Below are positions 53,760-64,000 of a DNA stretch of 64,000 nt, in pieces; positions within the stretch are counted from its first letter, which is position 1, and the number at the start of each line of letters is the position of its first letter. The notes under the pieces were generated by a model. The model searched no databases. It was not told where the DNA came from and saw only the letters and a list, made by a program, of their open reading frames with translations. Origin of the DNA: Paecilomyces variotii (taxonomy: Eukaryota); the NCBI GenBank assembly GCA_004022145.1, contig RCNU01000010.1, one strand, 5' to 3'. The translations under genes were made by a program, and so were the position numbers.

Positions 53760-56700
53760 TTAGTTCGAGGTAGAAGATTTCCTTCCAGGAACCAAGATCT
53801 CTACTAGTCCTTCGTCCTCGCCGTCGCTGCTATCATCCTGATCATCTGCATCGGGACCGAAATGTGAACCGATCACACGGGATCTGCCCGTGGCAGTATA
53901 CCGACCAGGGCCGTAGAAGCTTGCATAGCCGAGCGACTCGTTGATGATCGCTTCGTCCTCCTCGTCCGAGTCCGTCATGCCTATGCCAGAGGACATGTTA
54001 GGGCCGACCATCTCGCCCATTTCATCATCATCGTCATCAACCTCAAGAGGCATCCGTTCTTTTCGTCTCACTGCTTCAGATGCCCCTTCTCTTCCATCAT
54101 CCGAGGAATGGGGAGAGGGAGATCCAGGAGGCGAGAAACCCGATCGAGGGAAAGTGGGTGACGACGATATATCCGCACTCCTAGATGGAAAGTCCAAGGA
54201 CGGGAAAGTTGCTGAAGCCGGAGATTCTGTAAGATCATCGTCCAGTCCCGATATAACGAAAGGATTCGTAGCCCATTGGTCCTCTCCCTCTCCTGTTGCC
54301 TCCCTCTTCTCGGACTCGGAAGGGTTTTCTTCCGTGGCCGCTGCATCGGCAGCCTGCTGCTTCTGAAGAGCAAGTCGTGCAGCCAGCTGACGACGGGCTC
54401 GAGAGGGAGCAGGGTTCAGAGTGCCTGGCGGCGGGGCAAGGATCGGGATCGGCTGGCTGGTGGAGTTGGAAGAAGTCTAAAGGAACAAAAGTCAGCAATT
54501 CAAGGTTCCGCCTGGTCGTCCGAACTGGGGCCGAGAGTATTGGCGAGGAAGTCAGAGCAGCCGGTTTAACCAGGCATCGGGGAAGGGAAGATGGGGATGG
54601 ACGTGATGACATGGACAGGCAGTGTGGGGAACAGCAACGACTCCATTGGCATTGCCGATCCGGCCAGCAGAGGAACAATTCTCATGTCGGGCAAACATTG
54701 GGCAGAGATAGTGGCCGGTTCAGAGACCGGTATGGCCGGCTGGCGGCTTATTTTCACTAGTAGGAGAACGGGACCAAAGAAGACGTGACACGAGTTCAGC
54801 GAGCTGCAAAAGTCCAGAATGCCTTGCTACATATTTGAGAAACGCCGTAAAGGAAATTCTCTATGCAACGGCCCTCCCAGACTTCGCACAAGACTCCTCT
54901 CATCCCGTGTTCACATCGACTTTGTCCAGCCCTCCAATCTCGGACACCATCCCGGAAATATCAATAAAAGAAGCAGTGTGGAGTATCCGCAAATCAAAAA
55001 AAAAGTATCACGTTATGTATTGCCCATGTCAACGTCCGTGAAGGAACTGTCGTCACCCACATTCTCTGAGCGGCCCTCTGCCGAGTCTTCCATTGAGTTC
55101 TTCCCTTCCTCGTCGTCCTGGTCCTCCATCTCTTCGTCCTCATCGTCGCTTGAGCTTCCAAAGCCGCTGAGAAGCGAGCTGCTATTACCGCCCAGACCAA
55201 ACGCACCGCTCGATGCGCTACCTTGGTTCATGATATCGAAACTTTCGAAGCTGGACCCTGCGATTCCTCCGTTCAAGCCAGCATTGGCGAGAGCAGATGA
55301 ACCACCGAAGCCTTGTCCAGCTCCGACAGCATTGAGCACAGCCTGACGCTGGCCAATGGTCATATCAGGCCGCACGCCCCCGAGGATGGCGTTATCACGC
55401 TCCCTGGTCTCAGACAAGGTCTGCTCGACGTAATCTATCCATTCTTGGCTGAGGACTTTCTCTATGACGGTCTGTGATAGCAGTTCTGGCGGGTGGCGTT
55501 CGCTGAACTTCACGACCTCCTCTGCAATGAGGGTAAGATGGCCCATGTATCCTAGTCTCATGTTCTTAGTCGCCTGAGCCTCATCACTCCGGCGCTGTCC
55601 TTCAATGACCTGCTCAGTGATACGCCCGGTGTCGAACAAGTCGATAGCGAGGGCTCGATTAAATCCACGGTCAATGGGCCCGTTGAAGACTTGTTGAATA
55701 ACATCATATACTACATTGTGCAGGAAATTATTCCACGGGAACCGAAAGAAGAACGACTGTAATGGATCATCAGTCAGAAGAAATTATTGGACGAGATAAA
55801 AGAGACTACTCACCAAGATTGTAGGCACAACCTGATGTTCAACAAACTGGATCTTCAGATAGTCACCCACCACTGGCTGGCCACTATGTTCGAGCTGTAC
55901 TAGAGAGTCGAAACGCTTATGAGCAGAACTCGAATCCATCCCTGGATTAGGAGCATCGGAGGCTTCAGGTCTGCTATCGCCCGTGGCCTGCTCTTCGGGG
56001 CTACCATTCTCCCCTTTAGACGCAAACAAAGGCGCTGGCGTGTCTTCGGGATGAGGAGATAATGAAGCATCGGCGTCCACTGTGTTCTGTAGCTGTTCGC
56101 CATGTGAAGTCGAAGTATCGTTCTCCGCTGCCTGGGGGGAGTCTCCACCCTCGATCTTGATTTGCCCAACTTTGTCGGTAAGGCCAGACGCCGTAGGAGA
56201 TTCAGGTTCCTGAGTCAGCGACTCTGTTGGCTGCTCGCCAGGCTTTTCACTGTCTTGGCTCTGTTTAGCGTCCGTCAAAGGCTCATCAACGAACTCGTCG
56301 CTGTCAAGCCTGGGCGACTGGGATGAGATATCCGTGAAAGGCTCCTCGGTCTTTGCATCCTTCTCACCCGTAGTCTTCTCCTCGCCTTCTTTCACGCTGT
56401 CCACCAGAACGCCTGAGGAGCCTACATCTTCAAAGCCATCTTCTTCGCTGGCATTGGCCACTTCAAGAACCCTTAGATCTTCAGGAGAGCCAGATCCAAG
56501 GGCCGACCCATTGCCAAAGCCCGCAGTCGAATCGTTGTAATCGATACCAGATCTCTCATCTCGGTGAAGATCATAGGCTCCTTGCGCTCTTAACCGTTCG
56601 CGTTCCGCATCCCGTTGCCGGATATATTCTTCGCTCCCAATCTCATTCAATAGACCCATGTTGCTGCAATGCAACAGCTCAGCCATCAGTTCACAAGTCT

Positions 56701-57907
56701 TAAATCGGTCAAAACCGAGTGGCTCGATCTTGTTTCCCCATGCAGTACTGAGTTCCCCTCTTTCCACGATCTTGTTCTGACCGCCCTCATTCACAGTACG
56801 CTTCGAACTGAGAATGAGCGTCATGAAGTCCGGTATGTGGTCCGCGAAAAGGCGAAGTAACGTCCCGAGATAGATGGGATCATACGTCGTAGGCTCAGAA
56901 TCGGGTCCACCGACATTTTCCGGATCGTAGTCTGAATTGTTTTTGCGAATCACCTCGATGATTATGCCGACCCCAACGGTGAGAGGGTTCCCACCTTGCA
57001 GCATATACTGTATGAGCGTTTCAACACAGGACGCAGAGACCAGTTGTCTTGTCAGACTGTTAGGTCCAATACACGACTGCTCAGCCTGGGTCGCATTTGC
57101 GGAAATCGTGATGATAGCCTTCAGGAAGTCACCAGCGGAGGTCTGAACCGATGCAGGATGCTCTGCTGAAAGATATGACAGAAGAATGGGTATCAAGTCT
57201 TGCGATTTCAGCCACTAGATTCTATCGTCAGTAACTCTCCAAGAGAACATTAGTCTAGCAAGACAACTTACGTCAACAATACCCTGACCGCCTTCTGCCT
57301 TCTCCAGACTTATAATCTTCAACAGCAGATCCATAACCATAGGGTTATCAATGTGCTGAAGCATAGCTGGGACAATCCCTTCTAAGGACTTGAAAAATCC
57401 CAGCATATCCTCAGTCTTCTTATCAAACAGGGTCTCGTTGACCTTTGTAAAATAGCTAGCCTGCAGAGAGTCCAGCGGGGCTGGCCTTTTAAGGAATCCC
57501 CAAAAGTCCCGAAGGTAGCTCTCGTTGATCATGATCGATTCCAGGATCGACCACGTCTCCGAGGAGAGAATCTCGCATGCGATGTAGGCATATTTGAGGC
57601 GCTGCTGTTCTGCGCGTTCCAGATCTTCAGGTTCCAACCCCTCCCTCAAGGAGGTAGATTTCTTTTCGCTTTCCGCATCACCCTCCTCATCTTCATTGTC
57701 GTCGTCCAGACTCGGAGCGATAACATAGTCCATAAGTCGTTTCAAGACATTATCATCCCGCAGGTACTCTATGAGTTTCGTATTACGGTTCTTCAGCTCC
57801 GAAATGACCTCTGACTCATCGAGAACCTCCTCGAGTGAGACATCCGGCTTTTCCAGTAAGGTATTGATCGCGGAGATATTTGCATATCCCCCAAAACGCC
57901 AGAACAT
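53760..57907 (-). CDS. SIT4/PP6 phosphatase-associated protein (SAP155/185/190 family); 4 exons
   Basis: MFWRFGGYA start, MDLLLKIISLEK, EPLGFDRFKTCELMAELLHCSNM, FFRFPWNNFLHNVVYD, RLGYMGHLTLIAEEV; last exon contains PSRARRQLAARLA after a 584-nt intron (54477-55060). Confidence 0.93.
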
Positions 57908-58622
57908 ATTGGATTGTGACACAAAGACGCACGGGGAAAATGATTCATGGACGAACTTCCGAGGGTATCACAGGCGCTTTTTTTTTTCTCTCTTTCCTCC
58001 TTTGCCCTTGTTCTCCGACGATTCGTAAACGGAGGAAGCTCTATCGATTGATCTTGGTACACGTTTGGTTGAAAGGGGGAGGGGAAAAAAAGGAAATCTA
58101 AATCCTGGTGCGATCGGGGGGTTATCGCACGAGCGGCAGTTGTGGATTAAGTGTCTTTCGTAGGGGCTTCGTCAATCGTGCGCGATTGTTTTGTAACAGC
58201 AGTCAGAAATACGATCCGAGCGACCGCGCGCTGTGTGAAGAGGTCAGCCTCGTCCCCTTCTCGGGCAGTTCGTGAATCGGGAAACAGATGATGCCAGAGT
58301 TGAGATTTAGGAACCCCCACAGTCAGATTAGGGCGCGAGGGAGACGGACTGAGGAGATGGGGCGGGATGGCTCGGGGCTGGCAGAACCTATTTACCTTTC
58401 GAATCCAAGAAGGGAGTGACGATGAATGGAAGATCCGCCGTTTCCTCTAGGTCAGGCGGACTGCTCAATGAGTTGGAAGCACAGGGATTGCTGTGCTCCG
58501 CGACGACGTCCGTCTTCCAGGTCGGGGACAGGATAAGGAAGACAGGTCAGGGTTCAGTCCAGGTGGATGTGCTGGCGTGGGCGGTTGCGTCTGGATCGGC
58601 CGGCGGGTCGTCCACAGGCGGG

Positions 58623-58644
58623 GAGAGAGAGAGAGAGAGAGAGA
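58623..58644. repeat. (GA)n microsatellite
   Basis: About 11 GA units in the SAP gene upstream region. Confidence 0.85.
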
Positions 58645-59132
58645 CCAGACGCCAGTGCCAGTGCCAGGACCACAGGGAGCGATTTCAGCCAGGATGTGAA
58701 GTGGGAAAGGTGATAGATAGTGGAAGAGTTCAATGCTGCTAGCTAGCAATATTCTGATCCTCGGTTGTTTCGTGCCTCGAAGGTGCCTGGGAGGTCGAAA
58801 CAGCCGCGTAGCACGAGACCTTGCGTGCGCGCCCTGCAGGGGAGGAAGACAAGTCTCTGGTACTTGGCCAGCCACTGTGTTGGTGCGGGAGCCAGAGGTA
58901 CCGAGTACTTTGCCCTGCCGTCTCCCCCTTTCCGATCTGGTCACGGGAAAGGAGACTCCCTTCTTGGCGGCTGAAAACAATGTATTATTCGATAGTATTA
59001 TTACAGTACATAAGTAAATTATCATGGGAGAGAGAGAGGAAGCGAAATCAGTCAGGTCGCAAGGATTTATCAGATAACCGTCCTCTGCGGGATAATAATA
59101 ATGAATTAGTTAGCGACCACTAAATATATCTA

Positions 59133-59206
59133 ATCGGCCCCTAGTTTCGGACACCGCGCGCAGCGCGAGTCTGCCACCTCAACGCAAACACCCAGCTCAA
59201 CATAAA
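59133..59206 (+). repeat. Left terminal inverted repeat
   Basis: ATCGGCCCCTAGTTTCGGACACCGCGCGCAGCGCG...; matches the reverse complement of 60963-61036 at 69/74 positions. Confidence 0.95.
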
Positions 59207-59299
59207 TCCGTATAAAATCTATTACTTTTTGAAGCTTTTAAACCCATTAAATCTAACTAATTACCTAGTTAAATACAGTGCTATATAGAATAGGATCCC

Positions 59300-60800
59300 C
59301 TTTAGTCAGTCTATATCTTTAAAGCCACCTTCTACAGCTTTATCACCCGCCTGAGCTCAATTATTACCCGCTTTTATTTGGGCTTTAACTTCTATAATGC
59401 CTCCTTATTACTATCCTTAAAGGTTTATAGTTAAATATAGTCTATATTATATTTTATTATAACACCTTTGCATTATAGAACCCTTTTAAATATTTTAATA
59501 TAGATCTAATAGGCTAGCTGTGCCCTAGCTAAGGCCTTAAGCTCCCTCTATATTTAATCTATAATATAAGACTGAGCAATGCTACCCTTTAGTAGTTTCT
59601 GAAGCCCGCTAATAAAGCGAGCTGAATTAGATTTAAGCTCTAATAGATAATATTAAAACTATTTAAATTATTAGGCAGTATTTAGCATATTGTCTAAGAT
59701 AGATAACCTATTAGTAGGTTAAAGGATAGCAGGTCTATTATTTATTTCCTAAAGCTTTTCTAATATAATATCTAGGTTATATAGGTAAAGCCTAGTCTTT
59801 ATAAACGCGTGTTTAATAATAGAAGATTTAAAGGTCTTTCTTTATATAGATTTAAGCGCTTAAAGGAACTTATGCTTACTAAACTTAGGATTATTTATCC
59901 TTATATTAAGATTAACGGCTTTATTATAGTAGTGTTTAAATACTTAAAAAATACTAATATCTAGTAATTAGATTAAATAACTAGTACAAGGCATTAATAT
60001 AAAAAGGAGGATCTTCTTCTTTTTACAGTAATTAAACATTTTATATATTAAATAAGAGCTATATCTATTATATAAAAGAAGGCGATAAATCTCTTACTAA
60101 TAATAAGCTAATTAGTAATTAAAGTATTATATCTACTAATAGGCTAAATAGTTATTTATATATCTAGAGTTAGATACTCTAATCGTAGTATTAATATCTA
60201 AGAGCTTAAATTATTCTGCCTAGATATACTTGCCAATTAAAATAATAAAGGGAGAAAATACTAATCTATTAGTGCTAATTGCTTTAACTATAATAATTTT
60301 TTAAAAATTAATATAATTACCTATATATAGCTTTTTTTTCCGCTCTAAGGTAATAATTTAATAATCTTTCCCTTCTCCTACTTAAAAGCCTATCTTATCT
60401 ATATTATAGAGATCTATAAGTTATATATATAGACTAACTAGCATTTATTTATAGCGGTAATACTAGTCCTATATATTATTTAGATAATAAGCCCTTTTCC
60501 TATCTATATTAAGTGCTTATTACCTTTATATAAATATCTTAGAATATTAGAGAAGGAACTGTTTAAGCCAGTATCGGCTGACTTTTTGTAAAGATATTAA
60601 GGGGTCTTAATAAGCTTAAGCTAGGATTATATTTGCGTAATTAGCCACTATTCTTTATATTAGAGATAATCTAACTATATCCAGGCGTTTAATATACTTA
60701 TAGATAGTAAGCTCCTAAGCTAAAAAAAATAATCAATTTATTAGAGATCTATTAGACTATAAAATACAACTAAAATAGCGAGATTAAAGATATGAATAAG
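59300..60800 (-). pseudogene. Degenerate DDE_1 (Fot1/pogo-type) transposase
   Basis: The - strand reads DLYNIDKIGF (~60384-60414; cf. YNxDETGF), YRLLLYNRYSSY (~60052-60087; cf. RLLxxDGHxSH) and MPCTSYLI*LLDISIF (~59947-60000; cf. PPHTSHLLQPLDVGxF); many stops; boundaries approximate. Confidence 0.85.
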
Positions 60801-60962
60801 GCACATTAAATTAACGCACAGCTTGCGCGAGATTAGGGTTTAACTAGTCAAATAATATAGATAGGGCATATTGGATCCTATTTTCAATATTGCTATAGAA
60901 TTCAGATATTATGGTAGATTATGAATAATATTGGAAGTTGAAATTTAATAAATCTTAATGAT

Positions 60963-61036
60963 TTTATATTGAGCTGGGTGTTTACATTAAGGTGGCAGAC
61001 CCGCGCTGCGCGCGGTGTCCGAAACTAGGGGCCGAT
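60963..61036 (-). repeat. Right terminal inverted repeat
   Basis: ...CGCGCTGCGCGCGGTGTCCGAAACTAGGGGCCGAT; all five differences from the left TIR are transitions. Confidence 0.95.
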
Positions 61037-61509
61037 TAGTTAACTAGTTACTACTGCCTGCCGGGCTTTATCTAGTTAACCCACGCGATTGAATCAAATC
61101 ACCGTGCACAGCGCAGTAGCCCTTCATCGATCGAGGTGCGTCTATGTTGTGCATTTAACCGCTGGCCGTGCCAGTCACGTGGCTGGGGAAGAAGTGGCGG
61201 TCCCTTCTGACGTTTGGTCGTCCCCATGAGCTGTCCTTGTCGAGTCGCCCTCTCACGGTCTTGCTACTCCGCACGATCGACCTGGAGGGCTTGAAGCTGC
61301 CAGACAGCAGTCGAAGATTTCTTTGGCTGGGGGTACTGTAGTGATTGCTGGGCCTTTCACATTAACATATCTCCGTCGCCACACCGCCGCCGCCTTATGG
61401 TACTTATGGATCGGCGGGCGGCTATCAGCAACCATATACGCAGCTGCCTATCATCCATCTTCGATATCTGATACACACCACCACGGGGCTCTGCAGGATA
61501 AACCACAAC

Positions 61510-62241
61510 ATGAATAGGCTCTTTGGCACCAAGAGTGCGGCGCCGAAGCCCACTCTGGACGGTGCTATCGCAAATGTGAGTTCGCAATCTCCTCTATTGA
61601 ACCCCACCCACTACGATCTCCCCCTCACTGACTCTCCGCTACTCTTTGTGAAATAGGTAGACAACCGCATTGCCAGCATTGATGTGAAGCTGGCAGCCCT
61701 GAACGCGGAGCTATCAACCTACCAGGCTCGACTGGCCAAGATGCGTGACGGACCCGGCAAGAACGCTCTGCGACAGAAGGCGCTCAAGGTGTTGCAACGG
61801 CGGAAACAATACGAGGCGCAGCGTGACCAGCTCTCCCAGCAGTCTTGGAACATGGAGCAGGCAGGCATGATGCAGGATAACCTAAAGAACACCATGACGA
61901 CCGTAGACGCCATGAAGACAACGACCAAGACATTGAAGAAGCAGTACGGCAAGATCGACATCGACCAGATCGAGCGCATGCAGGACGAGATGGCGGACTT
62001 GATGGAGATTGGTAACGAGATCCAAGAGAGCATCTCGCGCTCCTATGATGTGCCCGAGGATGTGGATGAAGCGGAGTTGGATGCGGAACTAGAGGCATTG
62101 GGCGAGGAGAACATGTTCGAGACGTCGCTGGGAGAGGATGCCGTACCCAGTTTTCTACAGGACGAGGTGGCACCACCCACCTTCATTGATGAGCCTCCAG
62201 AGGAAGGAAAGGTCAAGGAGGCCGCTGGGGGGGTTGGTTAA
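61510..62241 (+). CDS. vps60: ESCRT-III associated Snf7-family protein Vps60/CHMP5; 2 exons
   Basis: MNRLFG...PKPTL, intron 61576-61657, KALKVLQRRKQYEAQRDQL, QQSWNMEQA, DEAELDAELEAL. Confidence 0.92.
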
Positions 62242-62506
62242 GGAGCTAGTGAAATTGGTTACCTTGGTCACGAAAGCGGTGTTGGGGGAAGTCGAGTGTC
62301 AAATGTGACGTGTCCGCTCAACCTTTATTTTCTTTTTCCAATGTTACTCAGTTTCCAGATATATGCATTGCTGCGGGTGCAAAGATAAACACTCAAGCAC
62401 GTTCAATTTGTCTATGGGATGTCCGGGTGTTTACGTATTGAAGCGGTATGTAGCTATCTAGTAGCGATCCAAGGTGTCAGTATCTTCTGGGGCTCCGTCG
62501 TCCATT

Positions 62507-64000
62507 TCAAGCCTTGCCGAGTCCAACCAGGACCAGCAGCGCGATATTCATAATCGCAATAACCAACCAGATCAAAACACCCAGGATGGCAATGAACCAG
62601 TTGTTCCTCATTTTGGCAGACTCGACCGATGTGTCATCGCCTTCCCCGGTGCTTTCACCGCACCTAACGGTCATATACCGATTACGGCACGTGAAGTAGA
62701 TGAGCGGTGCTGTGACGAACGGCAAAATGACACTGAGGACTACTTGGGTCGCATTCAGTGTAGCGTTCAGACCATCTTTTCCAACAGCACCAGCGATAGC
62801 GATGCTGGGAATGATACTGATAGAACGGGTTATCAGTCTTCGAAGCCAAGGTTTTATGCTCCATCGTAGCATCCCCTCGCTGACCATTTGGCCAGACATG
62901 GTGCAAACGATACCAGCAGACAACCCCGATAAGAGCAGAGCCAGTGCAAAGATCGTTCCAGCGGCAGGGGAGATAGATCCCGAGAGAAGATCATAGATCC
63001 CAAAGAGGTCCGCATCGCCTGCTCCAGGCGTCCCGTACAGCGCTGCCCCTGCCACAATGAGAATGGCGCTGTTGACAAACAGTGCGAAAGTGAAAAGAGA
63101 CAATACCAGCTCTGCTATGGAGTACTTCATACACGAACGGATCGCATCTACAGAAGGGCGATATTCCACCTCGCCCCCATTGCTCCCCACCGGCACATCG
63201 GGATTGACATAGCCTTGAGCAACATCAAAACTCTTCAGTCGCGGCTGGATGATCCCGCTGCCCAGGAAGAGAGAGTGAGGCATGACTGTGGCGCCCAGGA
63301 TACCACAACTTTGGTAAAGCCTAGTGTCAACCGTTAGCAGATCTGGCGTAAGAGCAAAGACAACAACCATGGACAAACCCGTTGCCTCTAATGACATCTG
63401 CAGATGGGACATATCCTCGAAACACCTCCCCGATTGATTGGTTGCGAATTAGTGACAGTTGAATGCAAAAGCAAATCACTACACCGAGGACCAAAGCCAT
63501 GACGAAATATTCGAAGGCTCGCAACCCCAACATGGAACCGTTGGGTCTATAGAATATAAGGAGAAATAAGACATCGGCAAGCGTGATAGCACATCCGGCA
63601 ACAAGAGGGATCTTATTGTCAGACAGTAGGTTCAAAGCAATAGCAGATCCAATCACCTGTACACTATTAGTCGCTTGAAGAGACTTGTTTTCAAACTGAG
63701 GATCGGTACCTCTGCGATATCCGTCGCTACTATGGCGGCTTCAGCAAAGATATAAAGGATAATGGTCAACCACCGTGGGAGATGCGCTCTACAATTTTCC
63801 GCCAGGTTGAGGCCCGTCACGCTGCCGAGCTTGATGCATAACGACTGCAAAAAGATGGCGAAGAGATTGGACATCAGCACTACGAAGAGTAAGGCATACT
63901 TGGTGTCCGCTCCGGCCGCAACATCTGTGGAATAATTTCCCGGATCAATGTACGCAACGGCGACCAGAAACCCGGGTCCAACAAAGCGAGCAAGCTTCGC
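62507..64000 (-). CDS. NRAMP-family divalent metal (Mn/Fe) transporter, Smf-like; 5' end beyond the window
   Basis: FVGPGFLVAVAYIDPGNYST (DPGN motif), ATDIAE|VIGSAIAL, GILGATVMPHSLFLGS, SAGIVCTMSGQMVSEG, RRLITRSISIIP. Confidence 0.95.

Larger units (their letters stand above)
59133..61036 (-). mobile_element. Tc1/mariner-superfamily (Fot1/pogo-like) DNA transposon, inactivated by RIP
   Basis: 1904 bp; 74-bp TIRs; TA target duplication (59131-59132 and 61037-61038); very AT/TpA-rich interior with degenerate DDE transposase motifs on the - strand. Confidence 0.93.

Overview
Gene-dense, intron-containing DNA from a filamentous ascomycete. Gene content and intron style point to Eurotiales (Aspergillus/Penicillium-like); this is an inference. 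About 17 protein-coding genes in order: Mug190-like SMP/C2 protein (+); a divergent, visibly AT-richer pair of 5-oxoprolinase/hydantoinase-family enzyme (-) and Fen2/Seo1-type MFS permease (+); centrin cdc31 (+); ADAM metalloprotease (-); Y-family (iota-like) DNA polymerase (-); an uncharacterised protein rich in short linear motifs (+); get2 (+); acetyl-CoA synthetase facA (+); Nup98-Nup96 precursor sonB (+); DHA1 MFS transporter (+); GH76 (-); complex I 51 kDa subunit (-); SET-domain methyltransferase (-); SIT4-associated SAP protein (-); vps60 (+); and an NRAMP/Smf transporter (-) cut by the window end. A RIP-destroyed 1.9 kb Fot1/pogo-type DNA transposon sits between the SAP gene and vps60. 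The most interesting signals are at RNA level: nested long-range complementarity between the two long introns flanking a symmetric 93-nt FG exon of nup98; a weak intron whose retention would give a Nup98-only product; two GC-AG introns plus three AAG acceptors in the oxoprolinase gene; a presequence-like non-AUG N-terminal extension of FacA; and a 584-nt alternative-C-terminus intron in the SAP gene. No tRNA, rRNA or CRISPR array was recognised. Exon boundaries were placed by eye and may be off by a few bases.
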